Positions 50,401 through 59,847 of a stretch of DNA of 64,000 bases are shown here, piece by piece. The translations under genes and the position numbers were made by a program. A model generated the notes under the pieces. The model saw only the letters and a list, made by a program, of their open reading frames with translations, did no database searches and was not told the origin of the DNA. Positions within the stretch are counted from its first letter, which is position 1; each line of letters starts with the position of its first letter. The stretch comes from a candidate division WOR-3 bacterium (GTDB lineage: Bacteria > Hydrothermota > Tepidihabitantia > Tepidihabitantales > Tepidihabitantaceae), in the NCBI GenBank assembly GCA_965648905.1, contig CBFGIT010000004.1:32001-96000 (forward strand). The letters run 5' to 3'.

Positions 50401-51159
50401 AGGTCAGTTGGCATCGACATCGGCTCGCGCACGACCAAGGTCGTGGTGCTTGAAGACGGCAGGCCGGTCCACTCGTGCGTCGCCGATACCGGCACCGACC
50501 CGCTCGGCGTTGCTCAGCGCCTGCTCGCTGAGGCCGGTACTGACCGGTTGGCACGTGTCATCGCCACCGGCTATGGCCGACACCTGGTCCGTGAGCACCT
50601 GGGCTGCACCGTCGTGACCGAGATAAGGGCCCACGCGCTCGGCGCGAGCCGGCTATTCCCTGCCTGCCACACGGTAATTGACGTCGGCGGACAGGACAGC
50701 AAGGTGATAAGAGTCTCCGCGGGGAAGCAAGCAAACTTCGAGATGAACGACCGGTGCGCTGCCGGCACCGGTCGTTTCCTCGAAGTGATGGCCACGGCCC
50801 TGGGCTACACCCTGGCCGAGTTCGGTCGGGCTGCGCTCGAAGCCCCAAGCTCAGTGACCGTGAACTCGATGTGCACGGTCTTCTCCGAGTCCGAAGTAGT
50901 TTCGCTCATTGCCCGGGGTGCGGACAAGCACGCGATCGCTTGCGGTCTGCACGAGTCGATTGTTGACCGGCTGCTCGCCCTGGTCGGCCGGGTTGGAGCA
51001 GAGCCGGAAGTGGTCCTCTCCGGCGGTGTGGCACTTAACCCATGCATCCGAACGTTGCTCGAAAGCCGGCTCGGGGTCCGGCTTCTGGTGCCGGACCGGC
51101 CGCAACTTGTCGGCGCGATTGGTGCGGCGCTGAGTGTGAATGGAGCAACGGCCGTATGA
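50401..51159 (+). CDS. BadF/BcrAD-type ATPase activator (DCCP reductase/activase); no canonical start before the first motif
   Basis: GIDIGSRTTK, ATGYGR, IDVGGQDSK, MNDRCAAGTGRFLE and SMCTVFSESE motifs. Confidence 0.88.
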   Translation, partial: RSVGIDIGSRTTKVVVLEDGRPVHSCVADTGTDPLGVAQRLLAEAGTDRLARVIATGYGRHLVREHLGCTVVTEIRAHALGASRLFPACHTVIDVGGQDSKVIRVSAGKQANFEMNDRCAAGTGRFLEVMATALGYTLAEFGRAALEAPSSVTVNSMCTVFSESEVVSLIARGADKHAIACGLHESIVDRLLALVGRVGAEPEVVLSGGVALNPCIRTLLESRLGVRLLVPDRPQLVGAIGAALSVNGATAV

Positions 51160-51202
51160 ACGGCGTGCGCTATCTCTTTACACTCGGCCGGAGGTGGAAC
51201 TC

Positions 51203-51382
51203 GTGACTCACGCTGCAAAGGGAGGCAGTCTGCCTTCCGCGACCGAAGTCCGCCGTGCAGTACCAATCGCGCTGCTGGTTGCCGGGCTAGTCTGCCTGGG
51301 AATCGCCACTCTCCTGCAACAATGGGCTCTTGTCCACCAAGTGAGTACCAGTATATGACTGCCGTGCATGGGCCTGGTTTAG
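51203..51382 (+). CDS. Small membrane selenoprotein with UxxC motif (CD1871A-like CxxC family), Sec at TGA 51356-51358
   Basis: GGAGG RBS; one hydrophobic helix, then STSI-TGA-LPCMGLV-TAG; hairpin 11 nt after the TGA. Confidence 0.75.
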
Positions 51383-51386
51383 GCCC
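51370..51386 (+). promoter_or_regulatory. Putative bacterial SECIS
   Basis: GGGCCT-GGTTT-AGGCCC, starting 11 nt after the UGA. Confidence 0.7.
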
Positions 51387-51437
51387 CAAACCCGCTGTCG
51401 GAAGTCCGGCAGCACATGTTCCTGAAAGGAGGAACAC

Positions 51438-53234
51438 ATGACACCAAAGGCCGTGATTCAGGTTTTGCTGGCATTGGCTGCCACGGCCAGCGCATCGCAC
51501 CGGGTGATGGTCATCGAAGACGTCACCGCCACCTGGTGCACCTACTGCCCTGGAGCCGCGCGCGGGGCAGACGAGCTCAAGTTCCGGGCGTTCGATTCGG
51601 TGGTGGTTATCGGATACCACTCGTCCTCAAGCGACCCGTTCTATACCGCAACCGCGGCCGCCCGTATGAGCTACTACGGAGTAACGGGATATCCGACCGT
51701 GGTGCTCGACGGCTCCAACTCGATTGTCGGTGGTCTGCACACCGGTACGATGTACCCGACCTATCGTCAGTACTTTGACTACCGGAAAACCGTTCCGACG
51801 CCGCTCGAAATCGACCTGTCGGTTGCCTACGATTCAGTGAGCCGTAACGGTACTCTTACCATCGTGGTGCGCAACATCGGTTCGTCCTCAGTCAGCGGCC
51901 AGTTGCAGGTCGCGCTCATCGAGAGCCACATCTACTATCCCTGGCAGGGGATGGACAGCCTGCAGGACGTCGAGCGAACCATGCTGCCAAATGCTTCAGG
52001 CGAGGCTATCACAGTCCCGGCCGGAGATTCAGTCGTTCGTACGCGCAGTTTCAGCATCAACCCGAGCTGGGTTGCGCGCAACTGCGACTTCGTAGTCTTT
52101 GTGCAGAACAACACGAATCGCGAGATGTTCCAGGGCGCGACAATCGCGGTCATCCCCGAGCCAGTGCTTCGGTTCGTCGGTTACCAGTCGGTGCTGCCCG
52201 CACCGGGCGGCGAGTTCGACCTGACCGTTGGTCTGCGCAACATCGGCTCAGCCAATGCTCAGGGCGCAAGCGCCGCGCTCTCAACCACCGACCCGAACGT
52301 GACCGTGCTCACCGCGAATGCGAACTTCGGGCCGATCAGGGTGGCCGAGGACGGTTACGCACAGACGCCGTTTCGCATCAGCGTGTCAAGTGGCTGTCCG
52401 GACCCGCATGTCGCCTCAATGCGCCTGGTCGTCACGGGCTCGGACTTCAGTATCGACACTGTCCTCTTCCCACTCAACATCACCGCGAGCCCGGGCTACT
52501 GCGACAACATGGAGTACGGCCAGCATGGCTGGACGCACAACGGCATATTGGACAACTGGCACCTGACTACCTATCGCAGCGTGTCGCCGACTCACAGTTG
52601 GTACTGCGGCCAGGAAGGCAGCTATCAGTATACCAACGAGAATGACGCCCGGCTGATGACGCCTTTCTACACCATCGGGGACTCAACCGCGATGCACTTC
52701 CAGCACTACTACGGCACTGAGCTGAACTATGACTTCTGCCTGGTGGAAATCGGCAACGGTTCACCCTTCTGGTGGCCGCTCGCGCAGTACAGCGGCTCCT
52801 CATCAGGCTGGCAGCAGGCCGACTTCAACCTGGCCCGGTTCCAGGGGCAGACCGTGCAGGTCCGGTTCCGCTTCATCAGCGACTACAACGTGACCGGCGA
52901 AGGATGGTACATCGACGACTTCTGGAGCGGAGCGCTGACCGGGGTGGCGGAACGGTCGCATGGTCTGGTTCTTTCCACCGGGACAGGCAGCAACCCGTGC
53001 CATAAGAATGCGCGGTTGCACTATCAACTGCCCGCGGGCAGGGACGGCAGCATTGCGGTCTTCGACATCGACGGCCGCGTGGTGCGCTGCCTCAAAAGGT
53101 CAGTCACTGGTTCGGGTCGGGCCGACTGGAACCTTGCCGATGACCTCGGACAGCCGGTAGGAAACGGGACCTACTTTGTCCGACTGAAGTCAGGCGACGC
53201 TGCTCAGACCGTGAAGCTCGCCGTAGTCAGGTAG
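51438..53234 (+). CDS. Omp28-like thioredoxin-fold secreted protein with FlgD/T9SS-type CTD
   Basis: EDVTATWCTYCP, GYPTVVLDG and VVFVQ motifs; GTYFVRL terminus. Confidence 0.82.
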   Translation: MTPKAVIQVLLALAATASASHRVMVIEDVTATWCTYCPGAARGADELKFRAFDSVVVIGYHSSSSDPFYTATAAARMSYYGVTGYPTVVLDGSNSIVGGLHTGTMYPTYRQYFDYRKTVPTPLEIDLSVAYDSVSRNGTLTIVVRNIGSSSVSGQLQVALIESHIYYPWQGMDSLQDVERTMLPNASGEAITVPAGDSVVRTRSFSINPSWVARNCDFVVFVQNNTNREMFQGATIAVIPEPVLRFVGYQSVLPAPGGEFDLTVGLRNIGSANAQGASAALSTTDPNVTVLTANANFGPIRVAEDGYAQTPFRISVSSGCPDPHVASMRLVVTGSDFSIDTVLFPLNITASPGYCDNMEYGQHGWTHNGILDNWHLTTYRSVSPTHSWYCGQEGSYQYTNENDARLMTPFYTIGDSTAMHFQHYYGTELNYDFCLVEIGNGSPFWWPLAQYSGSSSGWQQADFNLARFQGQTVQVRFRFISDYNVTGEGWYIDDFWSGALTGVAERSHGLVLSTGTGSNPCHKNARLHYQLPAGRDGSIAVFDIDGRVVRCLKRSVTGSGRADWNLADDLGQPVGNGTYFVRLKSGDAAQTVKLAVVR

Positions 53235-53241
53235 GAGAACG

Positions 53242-54036
53242 ATGTCTTTGTCAGTGGCGACCAGAGCCCTTGGTCTGGCCTCCTTTCTGGGCCTGGTCGC
53301 CCTGACCGGATGTTCTTCTGCGCCCGAGGTGTCGATTATCCCGACCAACCGCGTGGTGCTGGCTGAGCTCTTTACCTGGCAGCGCTGTTCCTACTGCCCC
53401 TATGCTGCGCGCACGCTCGACAGTCTGGCCCGTGAGTTCGCAGACAGCGTGGTCGTGGTAGCGTATCACCGCCGGGTTGCGGGTGATACGCTCTCGCCCG
53501 AGTACGTCGAGGAACGACGGGCCTACTACTACGACCAGGGCGGCGAACCGGCCACGGTCTTTGACGGCGGACCGCCGGTGCGCACACCCGGGCCTGAGCA
53601 CAACTACGCGACTTTCCGCAACTACATCTTGGCCGCAAAGAGCGTGACGCCCAAGGTCCAGCTCGACCTTGCCGCGGAGCTTGACTCGCTCGAAGGCACG
53701 GTCACGGTTGCGGCGCGCGGCGTCGACTCGACACCATCAGATACTCTGCAACTGTTTGTTGTGCTGGTTGAGGACAGCGTGCGCAAAGACCTGCCCGGCG
53801 CGACTGATTCGGTGTTCAACAGCGTCATGCGGGCGATGCTGCCTGGCCCGACCGGGCGACCGATTCGGCTCACACGACTGGATACGCTGACGGTCAAAGA
53901 GTCGTTCCCTCTTAACCAGAAGTGGAACCGCGCGCGGCTCGGGGTAGTGGCGTTTGTCCAGCACCCGACCACGCAACAGGTCCTGCAGGCGGCCGCCATC
54001 CACAGACTCGCAGATACGAAAGGAGTCCAACAATGA
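53242..54036 (+). CDS. Omp28-like CxxC lipoprotein
   Basis: Lipobox ALTGC; VLAELFTWQRCSYCP; VVAFVQ...VLQA. Confidence 0.82.
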   Translation: MSLSVATRALGLASFLGLVALTGCSSAPEVSIIPTNRVVLAELFTWQRCSYCPYAARTLDSLAREFADSVVVVAYHRRVAGDTLSPEYVEERRAYYYDQGGEPATVFDGGPPVRTPGPEHNYATFRNYILAAKSVTPKVQLDLAAELDSLEGTVTVAARGVDSTPSDTLQLFVVLVEDSVRKDLPGATDSVFNSVMRAMLPGPTGRPIRLTRLDTLTVKESFPLNQKWNRARLGVVAFVQHPTTQQVLQAAAIHRLADTKGVQQ

Positions 54037-54704
54037 ACCACTCGACACTGAGGCTCTATTTCCTGGTTCTGGCAACAGGTGTCTTCCTTACCGACGCAAC
54101 GGCGTTCTCTTCGCCGTTCAGTCTGGTCTGCCGCTCTGACACCGTGCAGCAGGTAGAACCAGGCGGCCAGTCCGAGTTTCATTTCACCTTGACCAACACC
54201 GGCACGCAGCCAGACGTCTACCGGCTTGACTACCGTGTGCTCGACAGCGTACCCGGCTGGATTGTAGTCTGCTGCGTGCGCGGCCGATGCGCTGAGCCGG
54301 GCGTGCCGTTCTTCGACACGCTGGCACCGGGCGAGGCGGACTCCTCGCCCGACCTGACCGTGTACACCAACTCGACCCACGGCGAAGAGGTCGTCAATCT
54401 CAAAGTAACGTCACTGGGCGAGCCGCAGATGGTGGACTCAATCAGTACGCGTACACGCGTGGGCGCGGGCGTTGCTGAGCCGGGCCGCTCCTCCCGGGCT
54501 TGCCGGATTCAGCCCGCAGCGCGCGTCGTGCGTGACATGCTCTTGCTGGATGCTGAATGCTCGCCAGCCGTGTTGCTCGATGCCTGCGGCCGCAGTGTTC
54601 TCAGCCTGACCAGCGGCCCAAACCGAATTGCGCGGCTCGCCCCCGGCGTGTACTTCGTGCGCCCGACCGACCACAGACCGGGCGCAAAGGTCGTAGTGAA
54701 CTAA
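54033..54704 (+). CDS. Secreted Ig-like protein with CC..C motif and T9SS-type CTD
   Basis: ATGA overlap; TLTNTG..DVY; WIVVCCVRGRC; LAPGVYFVR. Confidence 0.7.
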   Translation: MNHSTLRLYFLVLATGVFLTDATAFSSPFSLVCRSDTVQQVEPGGQSEFHFTLTNTGTQPDVYRLDYRVLDSVPGWIVVCCVRGRCAEPGVPFFDTLAPGEADSSPDLTVYTNSTHGEEVVNLKVTSLGEPQMVDSISTRTRVGAGVAEPGRSSRACRIQPAARVVRDMLLLDAECSPAVLLDACGRSVLSLTSGPNRIARLAPGVYFVRPTDHRPGAKVVVN

Positions 54705-54743
54705 GCGCCACTCGACAATGGGCCAGGGTCGGCACAAACGGCG

Positions 54744-55010
54744 GTGACTACAGGAACGCGGCCCGGCAGGGTTCCTGCCGGCTCCTGCGAACCGGACGGC
54801 GTCGAGTTGGCCTTTGCGTCGGTGCGCGAGTTGCTGCGTGCCGGCGAGCTGCTCAGGTCGGCAGGCTTTGACGTACTGGTAGTCCCGCGCCGCGTTCCGG
54901 ATTGCGGGGCGCTGCTGCTTCTCCCGCGTCGGTCGGTTGAGGCCGCACTCGCCTTGCTTGCAGCGCACTCAATTTCGCCCGTTGAGGAGGTGAATCATGA
55001 GCGACAGTAG
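54744..55010 (+). CDS. DUF3343-like small protein
   Basis: FASVRELLRAGELL...VVPRRVPDCG pattern; adjacent to yedF-like and selD. Confidence 0.6.
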   Translation: MTTGTRPGRVPAGSCEPDGVELAFASVRELLRAGELLRSAGFDVLVVPRRVPDCGALLLLPRRSVEAALALLAAHSISPVEEVNHERQ

Positions 55011-55608
55011 TTCTGGACCGCAGAAACCAGCAGTGGAGCTTGATGTCCGCGGACTTGTCTGCCCGGAGCCGGTGGTAAGAACAAGAAAGGCTTTGGAAAG
55101 CGCCACGGTGGGAACGGTCGTGACCGTTACGACCGACAGCCCGGAGTCCCGGGACAACATCATTCGGTTTGCCCGGCGCTCAGGATGTCCGGCCGTGACC
55201 GAAGAAACAAAGTCGGGCGTCTTCATTGTTCGCATCACCAAGGCCAGTGTCCCCGGGCCGGTCTGCACGCGAACCGGCACAACCGTACTCGTTACATCAG
55301 AACGACTCGGTTCCGGTGACGACAAGCTGGGCAACCTGCTCATGACCCTGTTCCTGCGTACCCTGACCGAGCTGCCTTCACGACCATCGATTCTGGCGCT
55401 GATGAACGGCGGTATCAAACTGGCCTTGTCCGACTCGGAGCATCTTCCGTCGCTGCGTAGCCTGGCTGACCAGGGTGTCAAGGTGATGGTCTGCGGCACC
55501 TGCCTTGATTTCTTCGGGGTCAAGGACCGCGTGTCGGTCGGCACTGTCTCCAACATGTACGAACTGGCCGAATCACTCGCGGCCGCCGAGAAGGTCATCG
55601 TACTCTAA
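54997..55608 (+). CDS. yedF: Sulfurtransferase-like selenium metabolism protein (TusA/SirA + DsrE-like)
   Basis: LDVRGLVCPEPVV, GSGDDKLG.LLM, CGTCLDFFG and VSNMYE motifs. Confidence 0.88.
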   Translation: MSDSSSGPQKPAVELDVRGLVCPEPVVRTRKALESATVGTVVTVTTDSPESRDNIIRFARRSGCPAVTEETKSGVFIVRITKASVPGPVCTRTGTTVLVTSERLGSGDDKLGNLLMTLFLRTLTELPSRPSILALMNGGIKLALSDSEHLPSLRSLADQGVKVMVCGTCLDFFGVKDRVSVGTVSNMYELAESLAAAEKVIVL

Positions 55609-55621
55609 TCCAGGAGGAATC

Positions 55622-56671
55622 TTGAAGCGTCGTCTGCTCGACTACGCCAAGGCCGCGGGCTGAGCGGCCAAGGTCTGCCAGGAAGACCTGGCGCAGGTAC
55701 TGCGTCAGCTTCCTGCCTTCTCGCATCCTGACCTCCTGGTCGGCGGCGAGACCTCGGACGACGCCGGCGTGTACCGGCTCGACCCGGAACGCGCGCTCGT
55801 CTTGACCGTGGACGTGCTCACGCCGATTGCCGACGACCCCTATGTCTTCGGCCAGATTGCCGCGGCCAACTCGCTATCCGACGTGTATGCCATGGGCGGC
55901 ACGCCGGTCGCGGCCCTGAGCATCATCACCTTTCCGGTCGGCGAGATTGCGCATGACGACGTGCGGGCGATGCTCGCGGGCGCTTGGGACAAGGTGCGTG
56001 AGGCCGAAGCGGTCATCGCCGGCGGCCACACGCTCAAGGATGTCGAGGTCAAGTGCGGGCTTTCGGTCACCGGCCTGGTCCACCCGGACCGGGTGGTGAA
56101 GAACGTTGGCGCCAGACCCGGCGACACGCTGGTCCTTACCAAGCCACTCGGCACCGGTATCATCACCACTGCCTTGCGGGTCGACCTCGCGCCGGCGTCC
56201 GCAGTCGCTGAGGCAAACCGAGTGATGACAACGCTGAACCGGGCTGCGGCTCGGGCCATGTGCGAGACCGGAGTTCATGCCGCGACCGATATCACCGGGT
56301 TCGGCCTGCTTGGCCATGCCTGGGAAATGGCGCAGACCGGCGACATAGACATCGTCATCGAAGCAGAACAGGTTCCGCTCATACCCGGGGCGCTGGACCT
56401 GGCTGGAGAGTCGCTCTTTCCTGCCGGCTCGCTTAAGAACTGCGACTTCATGAAATCGCGGGCCGACTTTGCTCCGTCCGTACCTGAAGACCGGCGCCTG
56501 CTCCTGTGCGATGCCCAGACATCAGGCGGGCTGCTCATGTCTGTTCCGGAAGCCCGGGCTGATTCGCTGCTGAACCGGCTTCACGATGCGGGTGTCCAAG
56601 AAGCCGCTGTTATCGGCCGGGTCCGGGAAGGTTCTGGCCGGATTCAGGTCACCTGGACTCCCCAACTGTGA
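55622..56671 (+). CDS. selD: Selenide, water dikinase (selenoprotein; Sec at TGA 55661-55663)
   Basis: AGGAGG RBS; TTG start; MKRRLLDYAKAAG-U-AAK in frame with DDAGVY, AANSLSDVYAMGG, TDITGFGLLGH and DAQTSGGLL. Confidence 0.95.
55667..55692 (+). promoter_or_regulatory. Putative SECIS of selD
   Basis: GCC-A-AGGTCT-GCCAGGA-AGACCT-GGC hairpin just after the UGA. Confidence 0.7.
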
Positions 56672-56836
56672 TCCCACCGGCCACTCATGGGTAAGGTACG
56701 ACCTGCCTGCCAAGGTCGAGGGTGCCGCCGCAGGCTGCATGCTCCGTGCCTGGCTGCTGCCGCATTGTGCTAGAACGAGACCACCATTGCTGACAAGACG
56801 ATCAAAGCCGCGATGCCATGCTTCTTCCTGGCCTCG

Positions 56837-57217
56837 TCATCTCAATGCCAGTCCGTATCCGACAACATGCGGCTGACCGGATTCCAGCACAACCCTGCCC
56901 ATCGCCTGCACGTTGCTGCCGACCCGCTGCGGGATAAAGACGTTGGTCGGGTGCATGTCTACATAGATGTCGCCGGTCCCGTCCTCCACCCATATCCAGC
57001 CGCCCGATGGGCACTCGCTCGTTATCTTCCCGGCCACAAGCACATCCCTACCCTCCCACGCCGTCGGGTTGTTCAGAATCTCCCGGGCGGACGTGATGAC
57101 CATACCAGTGGAAATCGCCTTGCCGTAGGTGGCCGCCTTTGCCGCCGCACGCCGGCTGCCGCAGCCCACGACGGCTGCGGCAGCCATCAGGACCAGCCCC
57201 AATGCGAAGTACTTCAT
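56837..57217 (-). CDS. OB-fold-like lipoprotein
   Basis: Lipobox VVGC; GKITSECPSGGWIWVEDGTG. Confidence 0.7.
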   Translation of the reverse strand: MKYFALGLVLMAAAAVVGCGSRRAAAKAATYGKAISTGMVITSAREILNNPTAWEGRDVLVAGKITSECPSGGWIWVEDGTGDIYVDMHPTNVFIPQRVGSNVQAMGRVVLESGQPHVVGYGLALR

Positions 57218-57927
57218 GTCATCTCCTTTGTTGTTTCTTCTCGGATAGCTCTGCCGTCCGAGAACTCGATAATCCTGTGTCCGACCCGGGCCAGCTCCGG
57301 GTCATGGGTCGCCACGATGATGCCCAATCCTTCGTCCGCGAGCCCGCGGAAGATACCGGTCACCGACTCGCGCGACTTCCTCTCCAGCCTGCCGGTCGGC
57401 TCGTCGGCGAGGAGAATCCTCGGTCGGTTGACCAGGGCGCGCGCGATGGCAACACGCTGCATGTCACCACCGTTGAGATGACGCGGCAGCGCCTTACGCA
57501 CCTTCTCGAGTCCGACGCGCTCGATCAGCTCGGCAACGCGGCCGCCATCGCGCCGGCGGGCGAAGACGAGCGGCAGCCTGATGTTCTCCTCGACCGTCAG
57601 GGTCGGAATCAGGTAGAACAACTGAAAAATGAACCCGATGTGCTCGCGCCGGAACCGCACGAGCTCCTGCTCCTTCAGCCCGGCGACCTCGGTATCCGCA
57701 ATCTTCAGGCTACCCCTTGTCGGCCGGTCTAGGCATCCGAGCTGGTTGAGCAGCGTGGTCTTGCCCGACCCGCTCCGCCCCATGACCGAGACAATTTCGC
57801 CCGTCCTCAGGTCAAGGTCAACACCGGCCAGGGCGTGGATGGTCTCGCCGCCACGGCGAAAGCTCCGCCACAGATTCCGTGCCTCAATCAACTTCCGATC
57901 GGCCGTCGGCAACCGGTCATTGGCCAT
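57214..57927 (-). CDS. ABC transporter ATP-binding protein (LolD/MacB type)
   Basis: GRSGSGKT; degenerate signature LNGGD; LADEPTG. Confidence 0.92.
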   Translation of the reverse strand: MANDRLPTADRKLIEARNLWRSFRRGGETIHALAGVDLDLRTGEIVSVMGRSGSGKTTLLNQLGCLDRPTRGSLKIADTEVAGLKEQELVRFRREHIGFIFQLFYLIPTLTVEENIRLPLVFARRRDGGRVAELIERVGLEKVRKALPRHLNGGDMQRVAIARALVNRPRILLADEPTGRLERKSRESVTGIFRGLADEGLGIIVATHDPELARVGHRIIEFSDGRAIREETTKEMT

Positions 57928-57928
57928 T

Positions 57929-58687
57929 CTAGATGACTCCGTCCTGAAGCCTTATGACCCGCGAGAACCGAGGTTCAAGACCTCGGTCATGGGTGGCGAT
58001 GACCACGGTGAGGTTCGAGCCCAGGTTCAGGTCCGAAAGGAGGTTCAGGATCTCGTCGCGGGTTCTCGTATCAAGATTCCCGGTCGGCTCGTCGGCCAGA
58101 AGGAGTTTCGGGTCGTTGATGAGCGAGCGGGCAACCGCTACTCGCTGCATCTCACCGCCGGACAGCTCAACCGGCCGGTGCGTCATACGGTGTCCCAGCC
58201 CGACGCGCTCCAGCAGTTCCCGGGCGCGCGCGCCGGACTTGCCTGGAGGACACGATTCGAATTCGGCGGACCGATTGCGGTCACTTCCCCGTGCCGGGTC
58301 GTTGCTGCCCCATATCGTCGGCAGCAACACATTCTCAAGTGCGCTCAGGTTCGGCATCAGGTAGAACTCCTGAAACACGAAGCCGATGTTGCGGCGCCGG
58401 AGTGCATCGAGCTTCACCCGGTGCCGAGTCACATCGTGTCCCAGTATGGTCAGTCGGCCCCCGGTGGGCCGGTCCATCAGGCCCAGCAGGTTTAGCAGTG
58501 TGGTCTTGCCCGCGCCCGAGTGGCCGACAACACCAAGGAACTCACCCGACTCGATGCTCAGGTCAATGCCCTTGAGCGCGTGTATCTTCTCCGCCCCGCG
58601 CCGATACACCCTGGTCAGCCCGCGCGCCTCGACTGCCTGGCCCGGCCCGCCATGCTGACTTCTGACTTCGACCGGGTCCACGCTCAC
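57929..58687 (-). CDS. ABC transporter ATP-binding protein (LolD/MacB type)
   Basis: GHSGAGKT, LSGGE and LADEPTGNLD; GTG start overlapping the permease stop. Confidence 0.92.
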   Translation of the reverse strand: MSVDPVEVRSQHGGPGQAVEARGLTRVYRRGAEKIHALKGIDLSIESGEFLGVVGHSGAGKTTLLNLLGLMDRPTGGRLTILGHDVTRHRVKLDALRRRNIGFVFQEFYLMPNLSALENVLLPTIWGSNDPARGSDRNRSAEFESCPPGKSGARARELLERVGLGHRMTHRPVELSGGEMQRVAVARSLINDPKLLLADEPTGNLDTRTRDEILNLLSDLNLGSNLTVVIATHDRGLEPRFSRVIRLQDGVI

Positions 58688-59844
58688 TCCGTCTTTATCG
58701 CCTCGATCGGCCTGATGCTGGCGGCACGCAGCGCCGGATAGAGCCCGGCGAGGAGGCCGAGCACAATCGAGAGCCCGATGCAAGCAAGCATCGTCAGGAC
58801 CGAGAGCCCGATGAGCGAGCCCTCAGGCGCGAAGGGTATCATCCCGCGAATCAGCTCCTCGACCAGGCGTGAGGACCCGAGCGCGATGAGCACGCCGACC
58901 GCGCCGCCGCTCGCTGTGGTGAGGATAGTCTCGGCCCACGTCAGCTTGAACACGTCGCCGCGCGAGCCGCCCATCGCCTTCATCATTCCGATCTCCCGGG
59001 TCCGCTCGAACACCGCCATCAGCACCGTATTCAGTACCCCCACGCCGCCGAGGATGATGGCGATGAAGATGACTGCCGACACGAATACCCGGGTACTCGC
59101 CATCAACTGCCCGATCGTGCCGAGCAGCTCGGTCAGCGGGAATACGTTCATGTCCACTTCGCTCGCCTTGAGCGAGGCGACGAGATTATCAGTCTGGTCC
59201 ACCTTCCGGGCCTTGATGAGGATCAACACCAGCTTGCCTTCGAGCCCGGAAATCCGCTGCAGGGTCTTGCGTGGCATGAAGACGAACCCGTCGTCCTGGG
59301 TATTGGTGCGATTGACCACGGCGCTCACCCGCAGGGTCACGTTCTTCTCCGGCAGGGTCCACCGGTCGCCGGGCTCCAGTCCTGTCTCCTCGGCCACCGA
59401 CGAACCCAGGATGATGCTTGAATCCGATGCGAACCACGCACCGCGCAGCTCCCATGCCGGCCGCAGATGCATGTAGTCCTCGTCGATGCCGAGCATGATG
59501 ACGTTTCTGCCGCCGGGCTGGAACACCGCGTCCATTATCACGCCCGCGGCTTCGGCCACGCCCGGGTCGGCCTTCACTTTGTCCAGCAACCCCTCGTCCA
59601 TGTAGCGCGGCCATTTACCGCCGTGCAGCGCGATCGTCGCCGCCTCATACGGGCAGCCTTTGGGCACGACCATGACGTGCGCGCCCAGGGCCCCGAGCTC
59701 GCCTTTGAGCCGCGACTGGTAGCCCTGCTGGAACTCAAACAGCGAGTACAGCACCGCGATCGCAATCGCCACACCCAAGACGGTCAATATGGTCCGAATC
59801 GGGCGCCGGGCTAGGTTCTTGAACGCCAGCACGAACCAGGTCAT
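58684..59844 (-). CDS. MacB/FtsX-family ABC permease
   Basis: KNLARRPIRTILT, ERTREIGMMKAMG and YPALRAA motifs. Confidence 0.92.
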   Translation of the reverse strand: MTWFVLAFKNLARRPIRTILTVLGVAIAIAVLYSLFEFQQGYQSRLKGELGALGAHVMVVPKGCPYEAATIALHGGKWPRYMDEGLLDKVKADPGVAEAAGVIMDAVFQPGGRNVIMLGIDEDYMHLRPAWELRGAWFASDSSIILGSSVAEETGLEPGDRWTLPEKNVTLRVSAVVNRTNTQDDGFVFMPRKTLQRISGLEGKLVLILIKARKVDQTDNLVASLKASEVDMNVFPLTELLGTIGQLMASTRVFVSAVIFIAIILGGVGVLNTVLMAVFERTREIGMMKAMGGSRGDVFKLTWAETILTTASGGAVGVLIALGSSRLVEELIRGMIPFAPEGSLIGLSVLTMLACIGLSIVLGLLAGLYPALRAASIRPIEAIKTE

Positions 59845-59847
59845 CGG

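Noticed and set aside
51438..54036. Omp28-like proteins as selenoproteins
   Set aside because: Both CxxC motifs are encoded by TGC/TGT; no in-frame TGA
47960..56830. tRNA-Sec (selC) near selD
   Set aside because: No UCA-anticodon cloverleaf recognised in the intergenic spaces
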